IMG/VR virus record: IMGVR_UViG_3300009509_000013 | Span: 10,286-74,285 of that record | DNA from: a virus | Strand: one strand, 5' to 3' | DNA length: 64,000 nucleotides | In this document: positions 10,718 to 21,158 of the stretch, piece by piece | Position numbering within the stretch: position 1 is the stretch's first letter | How the letters are laid out: each line of letters opens with the position of its first letter | Translations under genes and position numbers: made by a program | Notes under the pieces: generated by a model | The model's database searches: none | What the model was told of the DNA's origin: nothing | Seen by the model: the letters and a program-made list of their open reading frames with translations, nothing else

Positions 10718-12889
10718 CTACGCCGCGACGACCGTGATCGAAACGGTTCCCAAAACCGGGAGTTCGCGCGGTTGAAGCGCGACGTTCGCCGGCGGAGTCG
10801 TCACTTCGACCTTTTCAATCGACTCGCTCGTTTCGAAAATTTCATGATTGATTCGAGAAACGGCGACTTCTTCGCCGAACTCCCATTCGAATGTCACGCC
10901 GTCTTGCTTCAACGCTTCCGGTTGAATGACTTGTTGAAGCCGGTTGATCACGGATTGAACTTCAACCGACCCGTAAACCGTCGCCGCGACGTTGATCACT
11001 TTCGGCGTGTAATTGACCGACGTGATTTCTTGGTTCGCGACGAAATGCTTTTCGATTCTCGGAACCGCGAAAGCGTCGCCGTTGAAATAGAGATCGAGCG
11101 CCGCAAGTTGTTCGTTCGACGCTTGCCCGCCGCCCGCCGCGACGACAACAAGCTCGACCGTTTTCGGCCCGAATCCTTCTTCGAACGGTTTCGCGCGCGT
11201 GAACGGCTTCGCGCCGTTTTCGTCCGTGAATTGCTTCGCCAATTGCGCCGCGTCGTCCGGCGTGATCGCGACTTCTTTCACGCGAAGCGACGCCGGCCCT
11301 TCGATCTTCGCTTGTTCAAGCGATTCTTCCGTCGAACCTTGCGCTTCCGACCAACCCGTCGCCGGTCGCGGATTGAACACGGCGTTTATGAACGACAAGC
11401 CGGTTTTGTCCGTTGTGACTGTCGACGCGCCGACATTGCCGTCGTTTTTCGCCCCGTAGCGATACGCCGCGACGATATTCGACACGCCGATTCCGGGGAT
11501 TCGTCCCGCTACTCCGTCGCCAAAAATGACGGTCGCTCGGTCGTTCTCGCCGCGCTCGACCCGATAGTGTTTGTCGCTCGCCGCGCTTCCGAGAAAATTG
11601 TCGACTTCGGTCCATTCTTCGCCGTCGACCGTGATCGTCATTGTGCTTTCGATATAGTAATCCTTCGACGTTTCGAACCGTTGATTCGCGAGCCCGGTTG
11701 AAGAACCGAGCGGGTCGTCGGTATGGCTTCGCCCTTGCGTTGCCAAGCGCGCGACGTATTGCTTCCCCTTGTCGATTCGGATTCGTTGGAAGACCGGGGA
11801 AGTTGTTCCGCCCAAGATTTCGACGATTCGATAACGCAACCAATAGGCGGAAAAACCGTTGACCGCCGTCGCGACCCAATTCCGCGTTAGGGTTTGCGGA
11901 AGCGGATATTCGACTTCGCCGCCGCCCGGATTCGAAAAGTTGTTCGGTTCGTCGACGACTTCCGACAAAATTTCCCAATCGCTCCCGACCGTGTAATCGG
12001 TCGGATCGGTTGAAGGGGTCGTTTGCCCTAGAAGCCCGGTTGTCGCGATATTCTTTCCGCCGACCCAAGTTGTTTCGACGTCTTCATAAGCCGTTGTCGA
12101 ATTGAATTGAACGCGAACCTTTGTCCCTTGCCGATTTTCGAGCCCAAGATATGACGTCAAATCGAATTGAAGCGAGCCGCCTAGATTCGTGACCGAAGTC
12201 GGCGCGGTCTTTCGAAAGTTCCCGTCGTAATACTCCCAAACGCCCTTGATATTCGCCGCGAGCGTCGTCAACCCGGCGATTGACAATTGATTCCACATTG
12301 CTTCGGGGTGTCCGAAATAGATCGCGTCTTTCACGGCGGGAGTCGCCCAAGGGGAAAAGTCGTCGCCCGGAGTGACCGCCGAATTCGCCTTCGTCGTGTA
12401 ATCGGTGAACGCCCCGCTTTCTTCGCCGAAGCATTTCCCAAGTTGATCGGTTCGCGTGACCGCGAGCGCCGTCAACGCTTCGAAATAGCGCGAAGGTTCG
12501 TTTCCTTGCTTCGTCGTCGCCGCTTGCGCGCCGGCGGGAATGACAACCGTCGAGCCCGCCGAAAAGACCTTCGCGAGTTCATAAACCAAATCGACTTGCG
12601 CCGGCGACGACGCGCGAAGGTTGAAGTCGATCAAGCGAAGCATGTTCCGAACCGTTTCGACAAGCTTCGCGGTCGGAAGCGTCGATTCATTCGCGACAAG
12701 ATCGATCAAGACGTTGTTCGAATGCCCAACAAGCGCGACCGCTCGAAGAAATTGAATGAACGGCTCGAAGGCGCTTTCGTCCGTAATCTCAGGAACGTTG
12801 CGCCGCTTGTATTGAATGAGCGCTTCGAGAATTTGCGGATAGTAAAATCCGGTGAAATCGAAGTCGGGGATTTCAATATTCGTTGCCAT
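10718..12889 (-). CDS. baseplate J-like wedge protein
   Basis: ANESTLPTAK, LGSSTGLANQRF, VIFGDGVAGRIP, YRYG...GNV and ESLEQAK..GP.SLR...AIT.DD motifs. Confidence 0.9.
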   Translation of the reverse strand: MATNIEIPDFDFTGFYYPQILEALIQYKRRNVPEITDESAFEPFIQFLRAVALVGHSNNVLIDLVANESTLPTAKLVETVRNMLRLIDFNLRASSPAQVDLVYELAKVFSAGSTVVIPAGAQAATTKQGNEPSRYFEALTALAVTRTDQLGKCFGEESGAFTDYTTKANSAVTPGDDFSPWATPAVKDAIYFGHPEAMWNQLSIAGLTTLAANIKGVWEYYDGNFRKTAPTSVTNLGGSLQFDLTSYLGLENRQGTKVRVQFNSTTAYEDVETTWVGGKNIATTGLLGQTTPSTDPTDYTVGSDWEILSEVVDEPNNFSNPGGGEVEYPLPQTLTRNWVATAVNGFSAYWLRYRIVEILGGTTSPVFQRIRIDKGKQYVARLATQGRSHTDDPLGSSTGLANQRFETSKDYYIESTMTITVDGEEWTEVDNFLGSAASDKHYRVERGENDRATVIFGDGVAGRIPGIGVSNIVAAYRYGAKNDGNVGASTVTTDKTGLSFINAVFNPRPATGWSEAQGSTEESLEQAKIEGPASLRVKEVAITPDDAAQLAKQFTDENGAKPFTRAKPFEEGFGPKTVELVVVAAGGGQASNEQLAALDLYFNGDAFAVPRIEKHFVANQEITSVNYTPKVINVAATVYGSVEVQSVINRLQQVIQPEALKQDGVTFEWEFGEEVAVSRINHEIFETSESIEKVEVTTPPANVALQPRELPVLGTVSITVVAA

Positions 12890-12905
12890 GCCGTCGCCCT
12901 TTCAA

Positions 12906-13286
12906 TCAAGCGCCCGAAGTGAACGACTTCGAAAACGTGTTCACTTCGTCCGATTCGATGTTCAAATATTTGAACGTCAACTTCAATTCTTGCGTTCCTT
13001 CGTTCGCTTCCCAAGCAATCGTGTTCGTCAAAAGCTTGAAACGGTGAAGGCGAAAGAAGTCGTCAAAAAGCGTTTTCACCTTCCGCAAAATGAGCGCGCG
13101 AAGGTTCGGATCGTTGACGTTGAAAATCATGTCGGAGCCAAGCCCCAAATCTTTTTGAAAAGCGTTTTCGGAATCGTTATCCGACAACGCCGTGAAAATG
13201 ATCTTTTGATCGTTTTCGTCGCCGTCAACAAGCTTCGCGCCGCCTTGCTTGTTCACGCCGACCGGAATGTTCAACCCTTGCGCCAT
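12906..13286 (-). CDS. baseplate wedge / sheath initiator (gpW/gp25-like)
   Basis: 126 aa directly upstream of baseplate J; LG.GSDMIF...D and alpha/beta pattern. Confidence 0.7.
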   Translation of the reverse strand: MAQGLNIPVGVNKQGGAKLVDGDENDQKIIFTALSDNDSENAFQKDLGLGSDMIFNVNDPNLRALILRKVKTLFDDFFRLHRFKLLTNTIAWEANEGTQELKLTFKYLNIESDEVNTFSKSFTSGA

Positions 13287-13298
13287 TGCTTCAACCCT

Positions 13299-13874
13299 TC
13301 AATAAACCGTGTCCGTGTTCGTGATCGGCAAAGGTCCGCCGCTCGCCGGCGGAGTCGTATCGAGCCCCGCGATCAAAACAACAATCGCGCCGCCCGTTGT
13401 CGCGTTGTGAAACGCGGTCGCGAGCTTTCCCGCTTTCGAAGCCGCCGATTCTTTCGCGTTCGAAGCCAAAATCGAAGTGATCTCCGCTTTCAAAGCTCCC
13501 GGCGGACATGCGACAACCGCGCTCGTTTGTTCAACGCCCCATGTCCCATTTCCGCCGACGCCCGAAGACGGCGGAGTTCCAACCGAAAACGTCGCGCCGG
13601 TCCAATAGGCGACGAACGCCGCGTCGAATTCCAATTCGGCAAGCGCCGGCGTGTTCGTATCGGCGAACACAAGCGCGCTTTCGAAGCCCGCCGCGTTTGC
13701 CGACGCGATTCCGTCGCCGGAAACGTCTTCAACGTCCGCCGCGTAAGTGTCATAAGCCGCCGCCCAATTCGCCGCCGCTTCCGCCGCGTCCGCCGGAAAA
13801 CCGATAAAATCATCATGCGCTTCGTCGAGCATTTTGATCAATTCGGTTTCAAGCTTTGATTTGTCTAGCGCCAT
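13299..13874 (-). CDS. baseplate/spike-associated protein
   Basis: Likely start ATG 13874 (MALDKSKLETEL) just after the spike stop; Ala-rich with an internal repeat. Confidence 0.55.
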   Translation of the reverse strand: MALDKSKLETELIKMLDEAHDDFIGFPADAAEAAANWAAAYDTYAADVEDVSGDGIASANAAGFESALVFADTNTPALAELEFDAAFVAYWTGATFSVGTPPSSGVGGNGTWGVEQTSAVVACPPGALKAEITSILASNAKESAASKAGKLATAFHNATTGGAIVVLIAGLDTTPPASGGPLPITNTDTVY

Positions 13875-13876
13875 GA

Positions 13877-14857
13877 TCAATCCGCTCCGTCCGGGAATTT
13901 CAACTTGTTCGAATTGATCGACGTGTCCCAAACTTCCGAAGGTCCGGTCGTCGGCGGAGAACTAGGCCCGACGCCCGTCCCGTGAACATGCGCGTCGAGC
14001 CAAGTGTTCAATTTCCCCCAAAGTGTTTCCAAGTGATCGGCGATTGCGGCGCTAACGTCCGCGACTCCAAGTTCGGTCACGGTGTCCGCGTCTTTCCCCG
14101 TCACCTTCACGCCCGCCCCGCCGTCGATTGTGACTTCAAGGTTCGTTCCGCCGGCGTCGAGCTTGACGATATGGGAACCGCCGTCAATCGAAAGTTCGAA
14201 CGTCTTCCCGTCGCCGTCCATTTTCAAGACGTCGTTCCCGTCGTTCAACGAAACTTCAATCGCGTTTCCGGCGTCAACCGGCTTCAAGTGAAGAAACGTC
14301 TTTTCGAGCGTTGTCACTTTGAACGAACCGTCGACGTCGATCAAAACTTGCGTCGTGTTCGCCGGGTCGGTCTTCAACGCTTGATCCGGCTCCGACAAGT
14401 CTTTGACCCAAGTCAAAAAGATCTTCGTCGCGCCTTCCGTGTCGTCGAAAAGCAAAATGTGACCCGCCGGCGTAGCGAAACCCCGCCGCTTCCCGTAATT
14501 CTCGGAAACGAAGTCGGGGTGAATCGGCGCGGGAATGTTCGTCGATTCGCCGTCAAGTTCTTCGTCCGTGTAGGGTCGAACCATGCGCCAACGAACGTTG
14601 TCCGTTCCGCCTTCGAGCAACCCTTGACCGGGCGATTCGTCCGTTTCGGTTCCCGTGACGATCTCGATTTCGACTTGTTCGCCAACGTCGGGAACGACGA
14701 ACCAACCCCAATCAAGCGACGGTTCAATGAAGTCCGGCAATTCGGAATCTTCGTCGCCCAAAAGTTGCGCGCAAGCGACCTTGATCCTTCCCCGATTTTC
14801 TTCGTCTTCGGTTGAAGTGACCGTCGCAATATAGCGTTCTGTGATCGTCCCGTTCAC
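13877..14857 (-). CDS. baseplate central spike (gpV/gp5-like)
   Basis: GTG start overlapping the upstream TGA; OB-fold signature D.ENRGRIKV...VPDVGEQV; beta-repeat middle; C-terminal HVH in AHVHGTGVGPSSPP. Confidence 0.85.
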   Translation of the reverse strand: MNGTITERYIATVTSTEDEENRGRIKVACAQLLGDEDSELPDFIEPSLDWGWFVVPDVGEQVEIEIVTGTETDESPGQGLLEGGTDNVRWRMVRPYTDEELDGESTNIPAPIHPDFVSENYGKRRGFATPAGHILLFDDTEGATKIFLTWVKDLSEPDQALKTDPANTTQVLIDVDGSFKVTTLEKTFLHLKPVDAGNAIEVSLNDGNDVLKMDGDGKTFELSIDGGSHIVKLDAGGTNLEVTIDGGAGVKVTGKDADTVTELGVADVSAAIADHLETLWGKLNTWLDAHVHGTGVGPSSPPTTGPSEVWDTSINSNKLKFPDGAD

Positions 14858-15984
14858 GCTAGGCTTTTCCTTCCCGAAAATTCGACCGTGTAACCGCCGC
14901 CCGACGACATGGAATGTCGAACGCGCGAAAAGAACCAACGCCCGTCGAACTCCGTTCCGAGCCCGTCAAGCGTGTGAATCTGTCGAGCCCGCAAAGACTC
15001 GACGCCGATCAACCGACCGCCGCCCGTGATCAAGTTTTCCCGCATTCGGCGAAACCATTGTTCCGCCCAAGCCTTCACGTCCGCCGGTTTTTTGAACCGC
15101 TTGTTCGTGAATTCTTCGAACGAAAAGTCGCCAATGAAAAGTTTGACCGTCGACCCGCGACCTTCCGCGACTTCTTCGTCGGCGGTTCCGGTCCAAGTCG
15201 CGTCCGGCGGATCTTCGTCTTCTTCGATTTCTTCTTCAATGACCTTGCCGGTCTTTTCGTCTTTCACGCGAACCTTGATCTTTGTGTTCGCGCCTTGAAT
15301 CAAGAATTCCGGCGTGAAGCTCAAAAGAGCCCGGTTCCCCGTGTTGTAATTGAACGTATATTCTTTGTCTTGCGTCAACGATTTCGACGGGTCTTTGAAG
15401 TGAAGCGTCCATTTCCCGTTTTCGTCGCCGTCGACCCAAAAGAAGAAGCCCGTCATGTTCGCGAGCCCCTTCACGAATTGATAGTCGGACAAGCCGACCT
15501 TTTGAAAAAGCTTCGCGTCGATTTGCGGAGCGTCGTCAATGTCCGCTTCGAAGCCGTAAAACTCCGCCTTCCCGTTCACGACGTCGGAAACGCCTTCGCC
15601 GGGAAATGAACGCCCGCCCTTGCCGCCCTTTTTCTTCGAGCCTTCGGGCGCGTTGTCCATCATTTTGAAGTCTTTCGTGTAGCCGACGATCTCCATTGTC
15701 GGAAGCACGGCTTCGGGGAACGTCGGTCGCGGCTTCACGATCACAACCCGCCCGACGTGTTCAAGCGTCGTTCCGTAACCCATATGAATCGAGATCTCGT
15801 TTCCCGGCTTGAAAACCTTCAAGTCTTGAAAGACAAGATTCGGATTCGCGATCACGATCTTTGCCATGTCCGCGATCCCGTCCGTGCTTTCATACGTCAC
15901 CTCTTGAACATACTTCGTCAAACCCGTTCCGAGATCGGTCCCGGCAATGTTCAAGATGTAGTTTGGAGCGAGATCTTCCGGCAT
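14854..15984 (-). CDS. baseplate hub (late control gpD/gp27-like)
   Basis: SDYQFVKGLA..GF.FWV and LDGLG.EFDGRWF..RVRH...GGY.VEF motifs; synteny. Confidence 0.85.
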   Translation of the reverse strand: MPEDLAPNYILNIAGTDLGTGLTKYVQEVTYESTDGIADMAKIVIANPNLVFQDLKVFKPGNEISIHMGYGTTLEHVGRVVIVKPRPTFPEAVLPTMEIVGYTKDFKMMDNAPEGSKKKGGKGGRSFPGEGVSDVVNGKAEFYGFEADIDDAPQIDAKLFQKVGLSDYQFVKGLANMTGFFFWVDGDENGKWTLHFKDPSKSLTQDKEYTFNYNTGNRALLSFTPEFLIQGANTKIKVRVKDEKTGKVIEEEIEEDEDPPDATWTGTADEEVAEGRGSTVKLFIGDFSFEEFTNKRFKKPADVKAWAEQWFRRMRENLITGGGRLIGVESLRARQIHTLDGLGTEFDGRWFFSRVRHSMSSGGGYTVEFSGRKSLA

Positions 15985-15987
15985 GGC

Positions 15988-16767
15988 TTACAAGTCCAAA
16001 ATGACGTGCGAAACGAACGAACGATTTCGCAAGTCGAACATTTGTTGACGAAGCCGCTTTTGTGGCGAATCTTCTTTCGCGAATGCGCCTTCAAGCGGGA
16101 TCGAAGTTTGCGTGACCTTTTCCTTTCGAAGCGTCGATTTGTCCGGGAGCTTGATCACGTCGCCGGCTTGAATGTTCGGTTTCGTCGGGTGACGCTTCCG
16201 AATCACGTCGCCAAGCAACGGATTTCCATATTCGCGCTCGGTCAACGCTTCGTAATAGTCCCGACGCCGCGCCCGGTGATAGCGCGTTTCGCCGAAAAAC
16301 GTGTCGTCGATTGAATAGGGAATGTATTCGCGAAGAACCATTTGAAAGGTTGCCCCGCGAAGCCCGCCGAATGCGTCGGGTTGATCATAGTTGATCGGCC
16401 CAAGTGATTCGAGAATACATTCGGGAATTTGAATGTGTGAATCGCCGATCCAAAACGTCAAGATCGGCGGGTGTCCTTCAACGCCGCCAAGCTTCGTCGT
16501 CCATGACTTCAACGTGTCAAGCGTGTTTTGAATGTCCGAAAAATCGACCGCCGAATATTTGTAAAGCCGGGCTTGAAACGTGACCTTGTTCATTTGCCCG
16601 TGCAAAAATTGAGTGATCGCCTTCGCCGCGCCTAGCGAATAGTGTTCGGCGTATTCTCCGCCCCAACCTTCTTCGGTGATCGCGGTCGGTTCGTATTGAC
16701 CTTCGATTGTTTGAAAGGTTTCGGTGTTCGTTAGGAACCAAGTCCGAAGCGTCGTGAAAAGTGACAT
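15988..16767 (-). CDS. tube initiator gpU-like fused to LysM/gpX-like domain
   Basis: Follows the TMP; PPILTFW...R.ATF.M.LREY then REYGNP...IRK.HP...GDVIKLP. Confidence 0.75.
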   Translation of the reverse strand: MSLFTTLRTWFLTNTETFQTIEGQYEPTAITEEGWGGEYAEHYSLGAAKAITQFLHGQMNKVTFQARLYKYSAVDFSDIQNTLDTLKSWTTKLGGVEGHPPILTFWIGDSHIQIPECILESLGPINYDQPDAFGGLRGATFQMVLREYIPYSIDDTFFGETRYHRARRRDYYEALTEREYGNPLLGDVIRKRHPTKPNIQAGDVIKLPDKSTLRKEKVTQTSIPLEGAFAKEDSPQKRLRQQMFDLRNRSFVSHVILDL

Positions 16768-16772
16768 TGCTT

Positions 16773-19370
16773 TTAGCCTCCCGCTCCGACCGGAACCGCG
16801 CCTTGTTCAAGTAGCATTTTCCGTTGAAACGGAGTCGTCTTGAATCCGCCGCGTTCGGAAATCTCTTGCTTGTGCCGCCCGGAAGCGTAAGCGACTTCGC
16901 GACCGTCGACGTTCAAGCAATTGTTGATGTTCAATTGACGCTTGTCTTCGAGCTTCGCCGCGACGTCGACCTTCGGCGGTCGAGCGGTTCGCGCCTTTTC
17001 TCGCTTCTTCATGTTCGTGATTTGCGTCGCTTGGCTTTCTTGCGTCGTGTCTTGCACGCCTTGAAGCCCCTTTTCGACGACCTTCACGCCTTGCGTCTTC
17101 TTCTTTTCTTCTTCGGGGAATACGATTCCGCCGATCCCCTCTTTGGCAAACGCCTTGATCCCTTCCGGGATCGGAATGTGAAGCGTTTCGGCGAGCTTGA
17201 CCGCCGCCGCCATAAGCTTTCGAATCGGCAAAAGAACGAAATCGAAAATCGCGATTCCGAGCTTCGCGATTCCGCGAATCATGTTCCCGGAGAACATATC
17301 GCGAAAAGCGTCAATGACCCGCGTGATCGTTTGCCAAACGACCCTAAACGGCGTGACCATGTATTCCCAAACGATAGGAGCGACCGCCGCAATGATCGGA
17401 ATCAAGAATTGAACGACCTTCAAGACCGCCGTTGCGACCGCCCCGATCACGGAAGCAATTGTTCGCCCGACTTCGCGCCAATCAACCGAAACGGATTCCG
17501 TTCCGTCCGAAATGCTCGCCACAACGTCTTGAAAGGCGAGCTTGATCATTGCGATTGTTTCGTTCCAAATGATCCCCAATTCTTCGATCACGGGAATGAA
17601 GCCTTCCTTCAATCCCAACCAAAGCGGCTTGATCGCGTTTTCGTAAACGTCGAGAACCCATGACTTGATCGAGCCCCAAACGCGAACCGCCGTGTCGAGC
17701 AAGCTTTCGTTCGGTTCCCGAAGCAATTGAAACGCCGCATAGACGACGCCAAGAATTGCGAGAACCGGCCAAAACGCGCCCGAAATGAAAGTCGCGAGCC
17801 CCGAAATCGCCGGAATGACGACCGAAGAAATCACGAACGCGATCCCGGCAAACCCGACCAAAACGGGAACCGCCGCCGCCGCGACGCCTGCAAACAAGAC
17901 CGCAAATTTCGCAATCGACCGGAAGGTTTCGCCGCCGAATGTCGCCTTCGCCCGGTCGGACAATTGAACGAAAAAGTTCCGAAGCGACGCGATCCCGCTT
18001 TTGACAAGGTTGATCGCGTCGACGACTCCGAGCGCAATGTTCCCAATGACCGGCCCGAATTCGCCTATCACGCCTTGAACGACGTCCGCTTCGGTCCCGA
18101 CGCCCGCCGCGACTCGCTTGAACGCCGATTGAATCTTTTGAATCGCTTGAACGACAAGACCGAGCTTTGTCGCCGCGACCGTGACGAATTCCGTCAAGGG
18201 AGCCAAAAGCGGTTGAAATAGTTCGATTGAAAAGCCTTCCATTGCCGAAGCGAAGATCGTCAATTGCCCCTTCAAATTCGCGAGCCGGATCTTCGCCATT
18301 TCTTCCGCCGCGCCTTCGGCTTCGAAGTTTTGCTTCACCAATTCGTCGAGCGACTTTTTCCCCGCCGCTTGAAGGGCGAAGAAAGCCTTTTGACCGCGAA
18401 GCCCGAAAAGCTCCGTCGCCATTGCCGTTCGTTTGATCGGGTCTTTGACCTTGTTCAACTTCAAGGCGAATTGTTCGACGATCCGCGAAACCGGAAGAAG
18501 CCGATTGTTTGAATCGCGAAGCGCGATCCCCCAATTCGTCATAAGCTCCGCGCCCTTCGACGAAGGATTCGCGAGCTTGTTGAACATATTGACCATTGAC
18601 GTTCCGCCTAGCGTCGCGTCAAGACCGGAGTCGGCGAGCTTTCCGGCGACCGCCGCCGCTTCTTCGAGCGGAACGCCAAGCGTTCGCGCCGAACCCGCCA
18701 TCATGCGGAACGTTTCACCAAGCTTCGAAATGTTCGTGTTCGTCTTCGAAGACGTGTTCGCGAGAACGTCGGCGACACGTTGCGCTTGATCCCATTCAAG
18801 CCCCATGCCTTTGACCGTCTTCGCTACCACGTCGGAAGCTTCGGCGAGCCCCATTGAATCCGCCGCCGCCGCGTTCATGATTCCGCCAATGCCGCCAATG
18901 ATTTGACCGACGTCCGCGCCCGCGCGAGCCATGTTTTCCATAGCTTGCCCGGCTTCGGTCGCCGTGAATTGCGTCGAAGCGCCAAGTTGCTTCGCCTTCA
19001 ATTCAAGCGGAGCCATGTCTTCGGTTGTGATCCGAAGAATCGACCGCGTGTTCGACATTTGTTGTTCGAAGTCCGCCGCTTTTTTCGCCGCGAACCCCAT
19101 TCCGAGCCCGACCGGAGCAAGCGCCATTGCCGCCGAACGCGCCGCGCTTGTCATTTGTGACAAGCCTTGCGCCATGTTCCGACCGGAAGACCGCGCGATT
19201 TGAGCCATTGCCCGCGCGGTTGAAGCGCCGACGCGCGCCATTGTTGCGGGAAGCATGTTCGCTTTCGTGTTCAATTGAACGAAAGCGTTTCCGGCTTGCC
19301 CCATAGTGGCGATTGCTTGATTCCCGTCAAACTTTAGGAGCCCGCCTAGCCCTATGGTTTCAAACGCCAT
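16773..19370 (-). CDS. tail tape measure protein (TP901-type)
   Basis: 865 aa; ADFEQQMS, KAKQLGASTQFTATEAG, ADVLANTSSKTNT, LFG motifs; hydrophobic central segments. Confidence 0.95.
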   Translation of the reverse strand: MAFETIGLGGLLKFDGNQAIATMGQAGNAFVQLNTKANMLPATMARVGASTARAMAQIARSSGRNMAQGLSQMTSAARSAAMALAPVGLGMGFAAKKAADFEQQMSNTRSILRITTEDMAPLELKAKQLGASTQFTATEAGQAMENMARAGADVGQIIGGIGGIMNAAAADSMGLAEASDVVAKTVKGMGLEWDQAQRVADVLANTSSKTNTNISKLGETFRMMAGSARTLGVPLEEAAAVAGKLADSGLDATLGGTSMVNMFNKLANPSSKGAELMTNWGIALRDSNNRLLPVSRIVEQFALKLNKVKDPIKRTAMATELFGLRGQKAFFALQAAGKKSLDELVKQNFEAEGAAEEMAKIRLANLKGQLTIFASAMEGFSIELFQPLLAPLTEFVTVAATKLGLVVQAIQKIQSAFKRVAAGVGTEADVVQGVIGEFGPVIGNIALGVVDAINLVKSGIASLRNFFVQLSDRAKATFGGETFRSIAKFAVLFAGVAAAAVPVLVGFAGIAFVISSVVIPAISGLATFISGAFWPVLAILGVVYAAFQLLREPNESLLDTAVRVWGSIKSWVLDVYENAIKPLWLGLKEGFIPVIEELGIIWNETIAMIKLAFQDVVASISDGTESVSVDWREVGRTIASVIGAVATAVLKVVQFLIPIIAAVAPIVWEYMVTPFRVVWQTITRVIDAFRDMFSGNMIRGIAKLGIAIFDFVLLPIRKLMAAAVKLAETLHIPIPEGIKAFAKEGIGGIVFPEEEKKKTQGVKVVEKGLQGVQDTTQESQATQITNMKKREKARTARPPKVDVAAKLEDKRQLNINNCLNVDGREVAYASGRHKQEISERGGFKTTPFQRKMLLEQGAVPVGAGG

Positions 19371-19371
19371 G

Positions 19372-19572
19372 TCACTTCCCCTTTGATGCGCGCTTTATTG
19401 CCTCCGCTTCGTCTTTCTTTTGCTTGTGAAGCCTTTCAATGTACCATTCGCGATCCGACGAACTCATTCCTTGAATGTCGCCGAACGTCATTCCCGGCAT
19501 ACAATAGGTCAACGCGAACACTTGTTCGCGAAGCTCTTTTGTCGGCGTTACCGGGAAGAACTTGCGAAAAAA
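19372..19572 (-). CDS. -1 frame extension of the tail assembly chaperone (gpE'/gpT/gp51-like)
   Basis: Slippery T-TTT-TTC at 19572-19566; -1 frame reads FRKFFPVTPTKELREQVFALTYCMPGMTFGDIQGMSSSDREWYIERLHKQKKDEAEAIKRASKGK* and ends 1 nt before the TMP ATG. Confidence 0.75.
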   Translation of the reverse strand, partial: FFRKFFPVTPTKELREQVFALTYCMPGMTFGDIQGMSSSDREWYIERLHKQKKDEAEAIKRASKGK

Positions 19573-20390
19573 TCGTCATAGCCCCAATCAAGCGACCGAA
19601 GGAACTCGCGCTTACATTTCGGACACTCGCCTTTGATCGACATATCCGGCCCGACCCGATGATCGTCGATCAAGGTCGAAAGCCCTTCAATGTCGCGTTT
19701 CGTCATTTCGTCGAGTTCGTTTCCGCCAAGCGGAATCGAACCAACCCCTTCGAGTTCGTGAATGCTTCCAAGAATCACGCCGATCTTGAAACCGCTTATG
19801 TCGTATTGCCCCGAAACTTGCATTGTTTCGACGACGTTCCAACGTTGCGGACCAAGCTTCAACGTTTCGACTTTCTTCCCGCGAACTTCAATCGGGGTCG
19901 TGAGCTTGTATTTCCAAAGCGCGTCGGCGAGCTTGCCGACCGTGCGAACGTCGAGCGTCGACAAATCGCCGACGAAATCGAATTCGTTTCGGCACGTCGC
20001 GCAAGTGATCCGCATTTTGAGATCCGGCCCAAGCGCTTCAACCCGCAACCGCGCGTAAGCGTGAAAAACGTCGGCGGTCCAAGCTTGCGACAAAATGACG
20101 CGCCTTTCTTCGAGCTTCATGTTCTCGAAGTCGTGCTTCCCCCATTTCGTCGCCATTGTGCCAAGAATCATTGCGACATATTCCGGCATTGTCGCGTTCC
20201 GGTTTTGATCTCGAAGCGCTCCGATCTCGCGTTCTTCTTTCATGCGCCAAGCGCGAAAAGAGAAAGCGCGCGGTTCGCCGTCGAAGCCAATCGGAAATTG
20301 ATTCCCGAACTTGTCGAGCGTGATCGATTTGACGGTCGCTTCGGTTGAAGCGCCGTTTTCATTCTTGGTTGCTTCTTTGGTATCTTGCAC
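19548..20390 (-). CDS. tail assembly chaperone (T4 gp26-like, two CxxC motifs)
   Basis: Between tube and TMP; GTG start with GGAGGTGA SD; CATC and CPKC motifs; ends DDFF at the slippery site. Confidence 0.75.
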   Translation of the reverse strand: MQDTKEATKNENGASTEATVKSITLDKFGNQFPIGFDGEPRAFSFRAWRMKEEREIGALRDQNRNATMPEYVAMILGTMATKWGKHDFENMKLEERRVILSQAWTADVFHAYARLRVEALGPDLKMRITCATCRNEFDFVGDLSTLDVRTVGKLADALWKYKLTTPIEVRGKKVETLKLGPQRWNVVETMQVSGQYDISGFKIGVILGSIHELEGVGSIPLGGNELDEMTKRDIEGLSTLIDDHRVGPDMSIKGECPKCKREFLRSLDWGYDDFFASSSR

Positions 20391-20451
20391 GATTCACCTC
20401 CAATCGGATCAAGCCTTGTAAAGCCCAATCGTGCGATATGGTTGAAAAGGT

Positions 20452-20892
20452 TTAGCCGGGAAGCGGTTCAATGTCGTCCGCCGAAAAACTCCATTCGACT
20501 TGTGCGAGTTCGCCGTCGTTCGCCATTTCGAGATCCGGCAATTTCCGCTTGAACGGCCAAAGACCAACAATCGCGAAGCTCGCAATCGTCGTGCCTTCAA
20601 TCGACTTGTGGATCAAAGTCGCCGCCTTTTTGTAGGTCGGCGAAACCGGGTCTTGACCTTCGCGAAGCCAAATTTCCATAGCCGCTTGTTGCGTCCTATG
20701 GTGCAACGGAAGCATTGCCGTGAATTCTGTCGGCCCGCGATTGCCGCCGCTCGCGACCGTTCGGTCGGGAAGTTGCGTCTTTTGAATCTCGTCTTCAATC
20801 CCCGAAATTTCGGTGAATGTGAAGGTGAGCCCCGGAACCAACAATTCATAATTGTTGACCGGAATGTGATTCGGATCGATTGCGCCTTTCAT
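20452..20892 (-). CDS. tail tube protein (gp19-like)
   Basis: Downstream of sheath; FTEISG, WP.K.KLPDLE...E.A.VEW pattern; GGAGG SD before ATG 20892. Confidence 0.85.
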   Translation of the reverse strand: MKGAIDPNHIPVNNYELLVPGLTFTFTEISGIEDEIQKTQLPDRTVASGGNRGPTEFTAMLPLHHRTQQAAMEIWLREGQDPVSPTYKKAATLIHKSIEGTTIASFAIVGLWPFKRKLPDLEMANDGELAQVEWSFSADDIEPLPG

Positions 20893-20948
20893 GTTCCTTG
20901 CCTCCAATCGGGTGAAGCTTCGCTTTCGGTTAGCTTACTTTGCCCGCG

Positions 20949-21158
20949 TTACTCGATTTCGACTCCCGCCGTGACGTCGGTCGCGCTTGTCGGCGCGGTC
21001 GCCGAATCGTGATCCGCCTTCAATTGATTGAATTGAGCGACAAGATCGTTTTGAGTCGCGACCATTGCGACCAAAACGTCATAGAGTCGATCCGTCCCGT
21101 GTGATTCGTCGATCCCCGCGCCGGCGTTGCCGACCAATCTCTTTAGTTTGACTGCCAT
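20949..21158 (-). CDS. small virion-associated protein
   Basis: 69 aa with AAAGGAAAAGGG SD; short coiled coil; between sheath and tube. Confidence 0.55.
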   Translation of the reverse strand: MAVKLKRLVGNAGAGIDESHGTDRLYDVLVAMVATQNDLVAQFNQLKADHDSATAPTSATDVTAGVEIE

